A stretch of DNA of 63,952 nucleotides, filler included, from Bacteroidales bacterium (GCA_035389045.1; 3 parts of 3 records of this genome joined end to end with filler, not necessarily neighbours in it); one strand, 5' to 3'. Shown: positions 20,442-31,352, counted from the whole stretch's first letter. Notes: generated by a model not told the origin, from the letters alone. Translations and numbers: made by a program.

Positions 20442-20500
20442 TTTATTCAGTTATAGCTGAATAAATCAAAATAAAATTATTTTATTCGGTTATAACCGAA
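20442..20500. promoter_or_regulatory. twin palindromic operator-like sites
   Basis: TTTATTCAGTTATAGCTGAATAAA (20442-20465) and TTCGGTTATAACCGAA (20485-20500). Confidence 0.45.
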
Positions 20501-20521
20501 CAATTGTTTTTAAAAAGTTGC

Positions 20522-21805
20522 TTAAATGCCCAGATATTTCGTAATAATTTCTTCCCCGGGATTAAAATACCCGTGATAAAGTTTTGGAAATTCTTTCCTT
20601 ATATCTTCAATTAAAGCCCTGATGCCGGTATAGTTCCCATTCTTTTCAGGCGTCACAATATCATTGTACCATTCCGGGTCAATATTGAAGTTACGCCATT
20701 GTATCATGCTTATGTCGTAATTCAGGATCAGGTTTTTCATGGCCTGAATTTCATTTTTTTCATCGGTGTAGCCCGGGAAAACAAAATAATTGACAGAAAC
20801 CCAGCTATTGTATTTTCTGGCGATACGGATGCTTTCCAGCACATCTGCAAATGAATAATTGGTGGGATTGTAATAGTTCAGGTAGTTTTTTTCCTGTGCG
20901 CTGTTCATGCTGACGCGGAGGCTTTGCAAACCTGCCTTGCACAGTTTTTCTAATGCAAGGGGTTTGCTTGCATTTGAATTAAGATTGATAATTCCTTTAT
21001 CCGTTTTTTTTCGGATAAGTATGATGGCTTCACACAGCACTTCCCATACCAATAAGGGCTCTCCTTCGCAACCCTGCCCGAAACTAACCACCGGGTTGGG
21101 CGCGGTGTTCAGGTGCTCAATGGCAATTTCAGCTATTTCTTCGGGCGTGGGAACAAACGTAATGCGGTTTTGAGTGGAGCATATCAGATGGTCTTTGGGC
21201 TGGTACGAGATACATCCAACACAGCGCGAATTGCATGTGGGCGAGGTGGGTAGCGGCGCTTCCCAGCGGTTCATGAAATAGTTACGGGCAGCCGGGCAGA
21301 AATATACCAGGGCGCAATGCGAAAGGTGCTTCAGCAAACGGTTGCCGGGATTGGATTTGAGCATCCGTTTCGCGTTTTTTTCAACATAGTACTGGTTAAA
21401 CTGGCTGTAGTCCTGCCTGATATCGGGGTCAATACGAAAGGCTGTTGTATAGTATTTGTTTTTGTTCCATCCGATAGCGGCATACGCATATAACGGAAGC
21501 CGGGGAGCCCCTTCTTCTGTTTTCCAGGATGCATGATGGGTAAGCGTATAGGCAGGGGCTACAAAAGCTGCCACGGCCCATCCTTTTTCGCAGGTGCGGA
21601 ATTGGTTTGTCAAGGGATCGAAACCGATGGGGCGGCGGCCGGGAAGATGAAAAAAATCGCTGCCTTCGGGCAGTTCAATAAGATCATCAGGTGTTAAAAC
21701 AACATTCTGATTACCAACACGGCCAATGGCAAGTAGGGATATGTCCTCGAAGATATTTCCCTTGTCATCGCTGTATAATAAGTATGGGGTTTTTGAAGGA
21801 TGCAT
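20522..21805 (-). CDS. radical SAM protein of unknown function
   Basis: CNSRCVGC (CxxxCxxC) and SFGQGCEGEP. Confidence 0.9.
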   Translation of the reverse strand: MHPSKTPYLLYSDDKGNIFEDISLLAIGRVGNQNVVLTPDDLIELPEGSDFFHLPGRRPIGFDPLTNQFRTCEKGWAVAAFVAPAYTLTHHASWKTEEGAPRLPLYAYAAIGWNKNKYYTTAFRIDPDIRQDYSQFNQYYVEKNAKRMLKSNPGNRLLKHLSHCALVYFCPAARNYFMNRWEAPLPTSPTCNSRCVGCISYQPKDHLICSTQNRITFVPTPEEIAEIAIEHLNTAPNPVVSFGQGCEGEPLLVWEVLCEAIILIRKKTDKGIINLNSNASKPLALEKLCKAGLQSLRVSMNSAQEKNYLNYYNPTNYSFADVLESIRIARKYNSWVSVNYFVFPGYTDEKNEIQAMKNLILNYDISMIQWRNFNIDPEWYNDIVTPEKNGNYTGIRALIEDIRKEFPKLYHGYFNPGEEIITKYLGI

Positions 21806-21835
21806 TCAGTTTGCGGATCCGTGTCTCCGTGGTTT

Positions 21836-23566
21836 TCAAGCATTATTAATCCAGCTGGTCACTTCTTCCAGTGTCGGGGCTTTTATGTCCAGTTTGAGTT
21901 TTTTACGTAAACCACAGATACTGTTGAAAAGTTTGGAAGGTACCGCCGTTTTTAGTGATTCAATCGTCGAAAACCCCGACTTCATTATCAGTTCAGCATA
22001 TTCGGCCGGGATTCCTTTTGCGACAAAATCATCTGCCGAGGTGACTATGGATTTTATTTCCGGTTTCATCTGGGGAAAGAACAACACATCCTGTATCGAA
22101 TGTGAATTGGTCATCACCATAGTCAGCCGGTCGATACCCATGCCAAGGCCTGCTGTGGGGGGCATGCCATATTCTATTGCGCGTAAAAAATCCTCGTCAA
22201 GCACCATGGATTCTTCATCACCGCGTTTGCCTAATTCGATCTGTGCTTCAAAACGCTGGCGCTGGTCCACGGGATCATTTAATTCGGAAAACGCATTGCA
22301 GAGTTCTTTTCCGTTCACGATAGCTTCAAAACGTTCGACCAGCCCCTTTTTGCTGCGGTGTTTTTTTGCCAGGGGCGACATCTCGACCGGGTAGTCGGTA
22401 ATAAAAGTGGGTTGTATTAGTTGTGGTTCGCAGCTTGCACCGAAAATCTCATCGATGAGCTTACCCTTACCCATAGCCTCAGTGGTTTCTACCCCAAGCT
22501 TGCAGGCGGTTTCTCTGATCATCTGTTCATCCATGCCTGAAATGTCGATGCCTGTGAAATGCTTTATGGCTTCAAACATGGTAAACCGTTTCCACGGACT
22601 CTTGAAATCGATCATATGTTCACCTACCTTGATCTGGGTGGTTCCGTTGGTATCAATGGCAATTTTTTCAACCATCTCTTCCACCAGTTTCATCATCCAT
22701 TCATAGTCTTTATAAGCCACATAGAGTTCCATCTGCGTAAACTCGGGGTTATGAAAACGGTCCATGCCTTCGTTTCTGAAATCCTTGGCGAATTCAAACA
22801 CGCCGCTGTATCCTCCTACGATCAGCCGTTTCAGATATAATTCATTGGCTATGCGCAGGTAAAGTGTACTGTTCAGTGTGTTGTGGTACGTTTTAAAAGG
22901 CCGTGCGGCAGCCCCTCCGTATAAAGGCTGTAAGACGGGTGTTTCCACTTCCAGGTACCCTTTAGCGCTGAGAAATTCACGCATGGATGAAATGATCACC
23001 GCCCTTTTTATAAAGGTCTGTTTGACATCCGGGTTAACAATAAGGTCGACATACCGCTGGCGGTAACGCTGCTCCGGGTCTGTAAAGGCGTCATACACCA
23101 CGGCATCTTTTTCCTTAACGATCGGTAAGGGCCGTAATGATTTGCTAAGCAGCTTAAATTCCCTTACATGTATGGTTATTTCGCCCATCTGGGTAATAAA
23201 CACAAAACCTTTTACCCCGATGATATCGCCGATGTCAAGCAATCTTTTAAAAACGGTATTGTAAAGGGTTTTGTCTTCACCGGGGCAGAGGTCATCACGT
23301 TTAAAGTAAAGCTGTATCCTTCCCATATCATCCTGTAATTCCACAAACGATGCCGCTCCCATGATGCGGCGCGACATGATGCGTCCGGCGATGCTTACAT
23401 CCTGGTACAGGTATGTGTTGGCCGGAAAGTTCACATGGATTTCGGTGGTGATGGCATTAACTTCAAAGGTTTCGGCCGGATAAGGATTTATTCCCAGCTT
23501 ATAAAGTTCTTCCAGTGCCTGTCTTCTTATCTGTTCCTGTTCGCTGAATTCATTATTCATGTTCAA
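21836..23566 (-). CDS. lysS: lysine--tRNA ligase (class II) with Bacteroidota C-terminal extension
   Basis: [23 protein letters not shown]...[21 protein letters not shown]. Confidence 0.99.
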   Translation of the reverse strand: MNMNNEFSEQEQIRRQALEELYKLGINPYPAETFEVNAITTEIHVNFPANTYLYQDVSIAGRIMSRRIMGAASFVELQDDMGRIQLYFKRDDLCPGEDKTLYNTVFKRLLDIGDIIGVKGFVFITQMGEITIHVREFKLLSKSLRPLPIVKEKDAVVYDAFTDPEQRYRQRYVDLIVNPDVKQTFIKRAVIISSMREFLSAKGYLEVETPVLQPLYGGAAARPFKTYHNTLNSTLYLRIANELYLKRLIVGGYSGVFEFAKDFRNEGMDRFHNPEFTQMELYVAYKDYEWMMKLVEEMVEKIAIDTNGTTQIKVGEHMIDFKSPWKRFTMFEAIKHFTGIDISGMDEQMIRETACKLGVETTEAMGKGKLIDEIFGASCEPQLIQPTFITDYPVEMSPLAKKHRSKKGLVERFEAIVNGKELCNAFSELNDPVDQRQRFEAQIELGKRGDEESMVLDEDFLRAIEYGMPPTAGLGMGIDRLTMVMTNSHSIQDVLFFPQMKPEIKSIVTSADDFVAKGIPAEYAELIMKSGFSTIESLKTAVPSKLFNSICGLRKKLKLDIKAPTLEEVTSWINNA

Positions 23567-23871
23567 TTTTTTTGCAAATTTACTGTTTTAGAACTTACAC
23601 TCACTACTCGGGGCAAAAACGGCAACATCATTTTTTGAGGCGCCGGCAAAGATATTTGATTTTGAATTTTGCATAAATGCACCCGTTGCTAACGCCTATA
23701 CAGGGAGATTTTTTGATGGAAATAATCAATCAATTATCTATAATATGGGGTTTTATGCATTAATAAAAAATAATTAAATAATTCCTTGCTTTTCGGAAAA
23801 CATTTTGTATTTTTACACAAGTTTTATTCATTACTATTTCCCGGGAATTACTAAGATAAGTTTCTATAAAT

Positions 23872-23948
23872 AAAAAAAGCCTCCATGCGGGCTTAAAAAT
23901 ATCGCAACGCTAATTAACAATAATTCTTAACCATACACAAGGAGGCTT
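23872..23948 (-). ncRNA. candidate small structured RNA
   Basis: TATCTTTG -7 element (23959-23952) directly followed by AAGCCTCC...GGAGGC and a U7 tract; no ORF. Inferred only. Confidence 0.35.
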
Positions 23949-24087
23949 AGGCAAAGATATAAAAAAATCATGAAAAGCATGCCTTATTTTTGAAATCCCC
24001 CGCCAGAGAAAATCAAAAATAAATTATGCGCCAAAGGAGCAAAGCCGGACTGCGACAGTGGAAGGTGTAACAATTAAGTCTATTATT

Positions 24088-24460
24088 ATGAAGGAGTATT
24101 TATTTATTAATAAAGTAATAATTATCTTGTTTTTTTTGCCAGTTTATTCTAATACGTGCGCACAAACATTGAATTTTTCATTTAGTAAAGACACAATAAG
24201 TACGGGTGAATTGCTGACAATTTATAATTTATCATCGGGATTTAGTCAGAACACCAAATATGTATGGGAATTTGGTTGTTGTGAGTTTTTTATTAACGAT
24301 ACAACAATGGTTTGCTCCGACACTACAATTGTTACAACTGATACTATAGCAGGAAAGTTTTACCATGATACTTATTGTCTAATAACTATAATGGCGATTG
24401 ATTCATTAGGTAATGTCATTGATTCTATACCATTTTATACTAAAACAGTTTACGTAAAAA
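24088..24460 (+). CDS. secreted PKD-like domain protein, truncated at contig end
   Basis: Signal peptide; YNLSSG...YVWEFG PKD-like motif; runs into the N spacer. Confidence 0.55.
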
Positions 24461-24560
24461 NNNNNNNNNNNNNNNNNNNNNNNNNNNNNNNNNNNNNNNN
24501 NNNNTTAATTAATTAANNNNNNNNNNNNNNNNNNNNNNNNNNNNNNNNNNNNNNNNNNNN
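24461..24560. other. artificial contig-join spacer
   Basis: N44-TTAATTAATTAA-N44; stops in all six frames. Confidence 0.97.
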
Positions 24561-24598
24561 GCAATAGTTCACTATGTTCCTATTGCGTAATCTGGGTT
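24561..24598 (-). repeat. AACCCAGATTACGCAATAG palindromic element, partial at contig start
   Basis: Reverse complement matches 9615-9652 except for one base. Confidence 0.9.
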
Positions 24599-24626
24599 TA
24601 TTTATACTTTTGCTAAAATGTTTTTT

Positions 24627-25271
24627 ATGAGGAAAGTTTTTTTGTTTTTCAGCCTTGTTTTTCCTGTATTCCTGTCGTCCTGCATAGAGATCAGGGAAAC
24701 ACTGACCATAAACGGTGATGGGTCTGGCAATATAAAACTTGTGGTGGACATGGGGAAAATAGGAAAATCTCTGGGCCAGCAAACCCAACAGATTAACATG
24801 TCTTTTGTCACTGCAATTCAGAACACGCCAGGCATGGCTGATTCACTGCTGAGGTCGTGCAAAGGTGTCAGCAACCTGATTACCAGTGCCGGCAACGACA
24901 ATGGAATCTATTCCGTGAGCTTTGATTTTTCAGACACCAGATCGTTAAACAATGCATTATACAAACTCTTTCGCCAGAAAAAATCAGCCTTCAGGCCTGA
25001 TTTTATTAAAGTGTCGGTACATAAAACCATACAGAAAAATGTTGCACCTATGATTAAAAAGTATCTTCTGAAAGAAGAAACGAACATGATGAGCGACATG
25101 CTTTATCAGCTTATTAAAATCAAAACTACTGTTCAATTGCCATCCAAAGTTAAAAGCATCACCAATATTAAAGCCACAGAGGAAAACGAAGGCAAAACCG
25201 TTAAACTGGAATACTCGCTTTTTGAATTGCTGAATAATGATTTTGATTACGGGATCAAAATCAAATATTAA
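24627..25271 (+). CDS. hypothetical lipoprotein
   Basis: Lipobox LSSC followed by IEIRETLTINGDGSG. Confidence 0.75.
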   Translation: MRKVFLFFSLVFPVFLSSCIEIRETLTINGDGSGNIKLVVDMGKIGKSLGQQTQQINMSFVTAIQNTPGMADSLLRSCKGVSNLITSAGNDNGIYSVSFDFSDTRSLNNALYKLFRQKKSAFRPDFIKVSVHKTIQKNVAPMIKKYLLKEETNMMSDMLYQLIKIKTTVQLPSKVKSITNIKATEENEGKTVKLEYSLFELLNNDFDYGIKIKY

Positions 25272-25273
25272 TG

Positions 25274-25786
25274 CTACCAGATGCCGTTATAATGTATTTT
25301 ATTTCTGAAAAATCTTTCAGGCTGAGATGGCTTTTCATCAGGCCATCCAATGGCGATAAGGGATACCGGTATGTTATCTTCCGGTAGTTTCAAAAGATTT
25401 CCGATAGATTCCATCCGTTCCCAGCGCGGATATACCCCCAGCCATACACTGCCCAGTCCGCAGGAATGAGCTGCCAGTAAAATGTTTTGGGTAGCTGCTG
25501 CACAATTTATGCTTAGATAGGCTTCGTCTTTTTCGAGATCTTTATCGCCGCAGACCAATATGGCAAGCGGCGCCTGCCGGAGCATTTTTGCATAAGGATG
25601 TATTTCGGACAGTGTGTCCAGCAACCCACGATTATTGATAACCACAAAATTCCAGGCCAGGGTATTTCTTGCCGATGGTGCATACATGGCAGCCCGAAGA
25701 AGTTTATCAGTAAGCTGTTCATCCACAGGTTCTCCGCTGAACTTTCGTATACTGCGCCTTGTGATAATATTTTCAAATGCTTCCAT
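25274..25786 (-). CDS. nitroreductase family protein
   Basis: RRSIRKF, APSARN, QNILLAAHSCGLGSVWLG. Confidence 0.93.
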   Translation of the reverse strand: MEAFENIITRRSIRKFSGEPVDEQLTDKLLRAAMYAPSARNTLAWNFVVINNRGLLDTLSEIHPYAKMLRQAPLAILVCGDKDLEKDEAYLSINCAAATQNILLAAHSCGLGSVWLGVYPRWERMESIGNLLKLPEDNIPVSLIAIGWPDEKPSQPERFFRNKIHYNGIW

Positions 25787-25800
25787 AACCATATTGTATT

Positions 25801-26583
25801 TTAAAGTTTTTCCCAGTTCACCAGAAAACACCCCGGGATTTCTGTGCTAAGCTGTGTTTGTAATCTCTGTGCTTGTTTCTTATCGGTATAAGCCCCCATG
25901 ATCAGCCGGTAATAGGTGTTTTTTGTTTTACGTTCAGTAAATACATAACCCTTGACTTTATATTTTTTCTGAAAATCAACAAGTTGTCTTTTACAATTAG
26001 CCAAAATCCTGTAATATCCGATCTGTACACCATAACCTCCGGGATTGGCAGGCTGATTTTCAGCATCAAAGATGGGTCTGTCTGTATCGGTTTTGATTTT
26101 TTCACCGGTATTTTTTTCTTTTACAGATACTTGTCCTTGCTTTGTGCTTTCCTTATACGTATCCGGAACATTAACAACACTATCAGTCACAGCAGCCGAT
26201 AGGGTGTCTTGTTTCAGATAGGAAGGTGGTACATCCACCACCTCGACTTTTACTTTTTCGACGCCGGAGCGTATCATTTCGAGTTCAACGGCCGCCGCTT
26301 TTGAGATATCAAGTATTCGTCCCTTGCTGTGTGGCCCCCTGTCGTTGATTTTTACCAGAACTTTTTTATCATTCCGGAGGTTTGTAACCTGCACAACGGT
26401 ATTAAAAGGCAGGGCACGATGGGCTGCCGTGAACAAATTCTTATTATAGATCTCTCCGCTGGCGGTTTTCTGCCCATTGAACTTATCGGAATAATAAGAA
26501 CAATATCCGGTTTGCTCTGTGACCTGACCGAAACTGAAGAAAGGAAGGAAAAGGAGAAAGAATACCAGGTTTTTGTCAATCAA
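25801..26583 (-). CDS. rlpA: septal ring lytic transglycosylase RlpA with SPOR domain
   Basis: TASGE, TAAHRALPF, INDRGP, ILDISKAAA; C-terminal YGVQIG SPOR domain. Confidence 0.9.
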   Translation of the reverse strand: MIDKNLVFFLLFLPFFSFGQVTEQTGYCSYYSDKFNGQKTASGEIYNKNLFTAAHRALPFNTVVQVTNLRNDKKVLVKINDRGPHSKGRILDISKAAAVELEMIRSGVEKVKVEVVDVPPSYLKQDTLSAAVTDSVVNVPDTYKESTKQGQVSVKEKNTGEKIKTDTDRPIFDAENQPANPGGYGVQIGYYRILANCKRQLVDFQKKYKVKGYVFTERKTKNTYYRLIMGAYTDKKQAQRLQTQLSTEIPGCFLVNWEKL

Positions 26584-26585
26584 TA

Positions 26586-27449
26586 TTAATAGGTTTTTGT
26601 CATATCATCCGGGACACAAATAATATAATCGGCAACCATAATATAATCGGGTAACAGTTTGGTAATGTCGCTTTGTTCGACAGTTGCTATGGTAAGTATT
26701 TTCAGGTCAGCATTTTTACGTTTCAGGTACCACATGATGCCTTCAAAATAATCGGAGTGATAGGTTCCGTTATAATGTAAAAATAGCTTTCCTTCCGTTG
26801 AATTGGAGAAGATAAAATGCGCCATAGTTGCATCTTTCAATGCCTGTGCTTTCGGAAGATTAGGCGAAGAAATACCGCCCATAGTCATATCGAGCATTTT
26901 TTTGTATTGTTCCAGTTCGGGATCATAGTCGACCGGCAAAGGAGCGATGAATTTTTTATCATTTTCACTCAGGGATGATAAATCCTCGAATCCGCCTTTA
27001 TGCACCTGTGAGGCAAACCTTCGGGGGGCGTTGGTAGCAATGATTTTCAGATTGGTGTTTCGCGCAAATTCAACGAAGGGACGATAGTCCGTTTCGTAGT
27101 TTTTCCACAAGGTGATTTTTGATTTGAATTCATCCTCGGTCAGTTGCCCTTTGAGATACTTGTCTACAGTTTCCTGATTATCAGCTTCAAACATCTCGGC
27201 GCCCAATACCAGGTCTTGTTTTTTGGCTTTGTACAAATCTTTTGCAAGCTGAAGTTCAAGCCAGTGGGAGATGGGGTTGTTATGGATTTCGCCGAAGAGC
27301 ACCACCTCACAGCTCAAAATATCTTTAAGCATCTTCTGATAGGTAGCCTTTTTCCCGTCGACGGTATATATTTGGTATGCCGGTTTGTCGACCGTCATGG
27401 AAAGCAGGAAAAAACATACTAAAATAACGAGGGTGCGGGTTTTTGTCAT
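26586..27449 (-). CDS. ChaN-family (heme-uptake/Tiki-like) protein
   Basis: VVLFGEIHNNP, LGAEMFEAD, AQALKDATMA, HYNGTYHSD. Confidence 0.85.
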   Translation of the reverse strand: MTKTRTLVILVCFFLLSMTVDKPAYQIYTVDGKKATYQKMLKDILSCEVVLFGEIHNNPISHWLELQLAKDLYKAKKQDLVLGAEMFEADNQETVDKYLKGQLTEDEFKSKITLWKNYETDYRPFVEFARNTNLKIIATNAPRRFASQVHKGGFEDLSSLSENDKKFIAPLPVDYDPELEQYKKMLDMTMGGISSPNLPKAQALKDATMAHFIFSNSTEGKLFLHYNGTYHSDYFEGIMWYLKRKNADLKILTIATVEQSDITKLLPDYIMVADYIICVPDDMTKTY

Positions 27450-27510
27450 AACAATTAATTATTTACGAGGAAACAAATTTATAAAAATAATTAAACAAAA
27501 ACGAATCATT

Positions 27511-28008
27511 TTATTTTTGACCGGGATTCAGGTGAGAAGAATTAAAGGCCATTGGCATCAGTGCGGAAGAATTATTCAAAACAATTATTTTTCCGCTTTC
27601 TCCTTTTAAAATGACTTTAAAGGCTTTATTTCCGAGTTTTTCATATTCAGCCATAACCTGACGGCAGGCTCCGCAGGGTGAAACGGGCTGATTTACAACA
27701 AAATTCTTTGACTTGGCTGTTATGGCAATGGATTTAAAAGCAATTCCGGGAAAGCGGGCTGAGGCAGCAAACATAGCAACGCGCTCGGCGCATAAACCTG
27801 ACGGATAAGCTGCATTTTCCTGGTTGTTTCCGCAGACGATCTCACCATTGTCAAGCAGCAAGGCAGCGCCCACCTGGAACATTGAGTAAGGCGCATAAGC
27901 TTTATTACATGCATCTGCCGCCATAGCAAGCAGGTCTCTGTCAGTAGTTTCAAGCTCTGCAACGGATTCAAATTCGGTGTAAGCTATGTTTATCGAATGT
28001 TCTTCCAT
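27511..28008 (-). CDS. cdd: cytidine deaminase
   Basis: AYAPYS, NQENAAYPSGLCAER, PCGACRQ. Confidence 0.97.
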   Translation of the reverse strand: MEEHSINIAYTEFESVAELETTDRDLLAMAADACNKAYAPYSMFQVGAALLLDNGEIVCGNNQENAAYPSGLCAERVAMFAASARFPGIAFKSIAITAKSKNFVVNQPVSPCGACRQVMAEYEKLGNKAFKVILKGESGKIIVLNNSSALMPMAFNSSHLNPGQK

Positions 28009-28037
28009 AGAAGTAAGGGTGTAAATTTATTTCAAAA

Positions 28038-29609
28038 TTACTGTTTTTTTTCAGACTTATTGTTTTTATGGATAAAAAGAAACAGGCAACTGAAACAGGT
28101 AAAGAAGGTCACTCCGGCCTGGGTTTCTAATGTGTCTTCTGTACACATGGATACGAAGGCAATTACAAAAAAAGAAAGGTACAGAAAATCAGAAAACTTT
28201 TTTTGCCTGATTGCCGGCAAGCACAGGCAGAAAACAAAAAAGAGAAAACCAAAAATTCCAAACTCAAGCATAAAAGTCAGATATTGGTTGTGCGGACGGA
28301 GTCCGGATTTTTTCAATAATGAATCGTCAACAACCAGCTTTGCAGCAAACACATTTTTCACATCACCGGTGCCCAGTCCGATCCAGAAATGATTTTTAAA
28401 TAATGTCCAGGATGTACTCCAGAGTTCAAGACGCTGCATCATGGACTGTCCGCGCGGATCGTGTGTGATTTTGTAATTTTCGTACTCCCAGATCGCATTT
28501 TTCAGGCGATTTTCGAAACTTCCTTTTTTTACATAGTCAATGTTGGCGACACCGTTTTCTATAAGGGTGATTTCTTCATCGGACAGGCTGTTCACTCCGT
28601 CCATATCTTTTTTAAGCCCTTTGGAGGTCAGGAAACGGACCAGTGTGAATCTCAACGGTGAATTGGACTGGTCGACACTGTCGTATCTGATCCTGCTTCT
28701 TTTATTCCAGGCTTCTTCCATTTCGGGATCACACACATATAACCAGGTATAATTTCCATTGTCGGTCATACGGTTTTTTGTATCGTGTACATAAGGGTTC
28801 CCATACCTGGTGAACTGTCCGAGTGCCTGAGGGTTTATAGGATCAATGTTTTTGAAATCGTTATAGGTATTCCACACATATAAAGAAGTGCCGGAAATTA
28901 CGGCCAGCATTACTATGAAGAAGAGTATTTTGTATAACGGACTGGAGTTTTTGACAATAAATAAAATCAGAATGACGGCCGAAGCGATTATCAAAACAGT
29001 GATGCCGGTAAATGATTCCATGAAAAGCAGGAAATAAACAAACCATCCCGCGAGTAAGGCAAAAAATATTTTTAATGGTTTTTTAAAACTGTCCGGGGAA
29101 AAGATAAAATAAAGCAAAATGAAAATATCGACACAAACATTCAGGGAATACCGGATATGTGAAATGAAAATAAAAATGTCCCGCATATCCGAAACAGGCC
29201 GTGACTGGAATAAATAAAAACTGATGATGCCGGAAATAAACGTTCCTGCGATATGGAACAGCAGTATCAGATTAAAAGTCTTACGTGATAATTGAGGTCC
29301 GGTAGAGATAATTACAGGAAGAATAAGCAGCGGTAGTTTTATTCTCAGTTCATCAAGCGCATTTGCAAAATCATAGGTGCAACATAATCCGGCCAGATGA
29401 AGCAGATAAATTCCGGTAAAAACCAGTGCGGGTTTGTTTCTGAAAAAAGCGCTGAATTTTCCAATAATATTACCTTCGGCAAGCCAGTTGGCCAGCAGAA
29501 CGAACTGGGCTATACTCATCACATATAAGGACAGCGTCAGCGAAAAGGCAAGCGTCATGAGCGCCAGAACATATATGAATGTATGATACTCTTTTTTTAA
29601 AAGCGGCAT
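28038..29609 (-). CDS. O-antigen ligase (WaaL/Wzy_C) family protein
   Basis: Multi-TM; RLELW...IGLGTG...PHNQYL...FGIFG. Confidence 0.85.
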   Translation of the reverse strand: MPLLKKEYHTFIYVLALMTLAFSLTLSLYVMSIAQFVLLANWLAEGNIIGKFSAFFRNKPALVFTGIYLLHLAGLCCTYDFANALDELRIKLPLLILPVIISTGPQLSRKTFNLILLFHIAGTFISGIISFYLFQSRPVSDMRDIFIFISHIRYSLNVCVDIFILLYFIFSPDSFKKPLKIFFALLAGWFVYFLLFMESFTGITVLIIASAVILILFIVKNSSPLYKILFFIVMLAVISGTSLYVWNTYNDFKNIDPINPQALGQFTRYGNPYVHDTKNRMTDNGNYTWLYVCDPEMEEAWNKRSRIRYDSVDQSNSPLRFTLVRFLTSKGLKKDMDGVNSLSDEEITLIENGVANIDYVKKGSFENRLKNAIWEYENYKITHDPRGQSMMQRLELWSTSWTLFKNHFWIGLGTGDVKNVFAAKLVVDDSLLKKSGLRPHNQYLTFMLEFGIFGFLFFVFCLCLPAIRQKKFSDFLYLSFFVIAFVSMCTEDTLETQAGVTFFTCFSCLFLFIHKNNKSEKKQ

Positions 29610-29652
29610 GTTTTTCAGAAAACAAGATAATAACTCCCGAAAATCAAAAAAA

Positions 29653-31341
29653 TTATTTTTTGTTTTTATTTTCCGGTTCGCAATAGGTGCCTTTCAGTAT
29701 GGACGTATATACTTCATTATTGTGCAGGATCTCAACAGCTTTTAACACTTCGGGATCATCGGCAAGCGAAGACTGGATGCGGCCTTTTTGATAATAATAA
29801 AAAGGTACCAGATACATTTTCAATATTTGTTTTATCTGGTCTTTATTAGCTGCCAGATCGTTATCTTTTTCTTTTAATATTTTTTCTTTCAGCACATTGT
29901 AGTTTTCTTTGATGGCATTGAAATATTTTTCGGTTTCCGCGGCTTTTTTTAAATCTTCCAGAACGGCTTCACTCTCGGTGGTGTATGTATAATCCTTGCC
30001 TTTTAAATATTCAAGAAATTCATTATAAATATCTTCTGTAATCTTGAATTGGTCAACGGGGGCAATAGCCGGAGTTTTCCGGTTGTATAACACTGAGAAA
30101 TCGAAGAAATAATTTTTATCTAACAAAGCCACCGTAATATTGCTGAATTCCGGCAATTCCATAATAATATCAGGTTCTATACCGCTGCCTTCATAGACCA
30201 CTCTTCCGTTTTTTGTGGTAAAGGCTTTTCTGAGCGAGTCGGGCAACACGGGGGCTTTGCCGTATTCGTCTTTGTGGAAATAATCAAGTGCCTGAACACA
30301 ACGTCCGCTTGGTGTATAATATTTTGCAATGGTAATCTTAACTTCGGAGTTGTATGAGAGGGGGAAAATATTTTGTACCAAACCTTTTCCGAATGACCGC
30401 TGGCCGATTATCACACCCCGGTCGAGGTCCTGTATGGCGCCTGCCAGAATCTCAGAAGCCGATGCTGAATTTTCATCAACGAGGATCACCAGGGGTATTT
30501 CGGTATCCATGGCAGCCATCTGGGTTTTATGATAGGTGTTTTTATCTTTGATTTTTCCTTTGGTGCTCACTACGAGTTGCCCTTTGTCCACAAAAATGTT
30601 CACAATGTTGACTGATTCGTTGAGCAGGCCACCACCATTGCCTCTGAGGTCAATAATGACGCCTTTGAGTTTTTTATCCCCATTCAGTTTATTAAAGGCG
30701 TCTTTTACATCTTTTGCGGCATTTTGTTTGAATTCGCTCAGGTTGATGTATCCGATGTCGTCAGCCACCATACCGGAATAGGGCACATTATCAATTTTTA
30801 TTTCTTCCCGGATGATTTCCTTTTGAATTGGTTTTTGTGTTGAATCTCTCTCCAGTAATAACGAAACGCTTGTGCCTGGCTGGCCTTTCAAAGCGGTGCT
30901 GACTTCGTCCACCGTTTTGTCTTTTGCCGATTTTCCATTGATTTCAAGTATTTTATCACCTGCTTTTAATCCTGCTTTATCGGCAGGGGCATTTTCATAA
31001 GGTTCTGATATAAAGACATATTCTCCCCTTTTGTGAATCAAGGCTCCGATGCCTCCGTACTGCCCGGTGGTCATAAATTTATAATCTTCAATATCTGCTT
31101 CGGGTATGTATACGGTGTAGGGATCGAGGGTTTTCAGCATGGCATCCATAGCGGTTTTTATCAACTGCCCCGGATTAAGGTCATCTACATAGCTATTATT
31201 CAGCTGCTTATAAAGTGAAACAAAGATGTCGATGTTCTTGGATATTTCAAAATCGTTTTGAGCCTGATCCTGTGCGCTGCCAGCCAACGAAAAAACGAAG
31301 ACGGCCGTAAATGTTAAAAATAAAATTCTCAAATTTTTCAT
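29653..31341 (-). CDS. S41 carboxy-terminal processing protease
   Basis: PDZ domain, DLRGNGGG, SASASEI, FGKGLVQ. Confidence 0.96.
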   Translation of the reverse strand: MKNLRILFLTFTAVFVFSLAGSAQDQAQNDFEISKNIDIFVSLYKQLNNSYVDDLNPGQLIKTAMDAMLKTLDPYTVYIPEADIEDYKFMTTGQYGGIGALIHKRGEYVFISEPYENAPADKAGLKAGDKILEINGKSAKDKTVDEVSTALKGQPGTSVSLLLERDSTQKPIQKEIIREEIKIDNVPYSGMVADDIGYINLSEFKQNAAKDVKDAFNKLNGDKKLKGVIIDLRGNGGGLLNESVNIVNIFVDKGQLVVSTKGKIKDKNTYHKTQMAAMDTEIPLVILVDENSASASEILAGAIQDLDRGVIIGQRSFGKGLVQNIFPLSYNSEVKITIAKYYTPSGRCVQALDYFHKDEYGKAPVLPDSLRKAFTTKNGRVVYEGSGIEPDIIMELPEFSNITVALLDKNYFFDFSVLYNRKTPAIAPVDQFKITEDIYNEFLEYLKGKDYTYTTESEAVLEDLKKAAETEKYFNAIKENYNVLKEKILKEKDNDLAANKDQIKQILKMYLVPFYYYQKGRIQSSLADDPEVLKAVEILHNNEVYTSILKGTYCEPENKNKK

Positions 31342-31352
31342 ATGATTTTCAG

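Noticed and set aside
21726..22394. Long antisense ORFs over lysS, and similar ones over polA, alaS, pta, mutB and the T9SS genes
   Set aside because: Shadow frames of well-supported genes with no recognisable motifs.
24461..24560. TTAATTAATTAA palindrome within N runs (also 48277-48376)
   Set aside because: Identical 100-bp spacer with six-frame stops; a contig-joining artefact. ORFs that cross it and gene adjacency across it are not meaningful.
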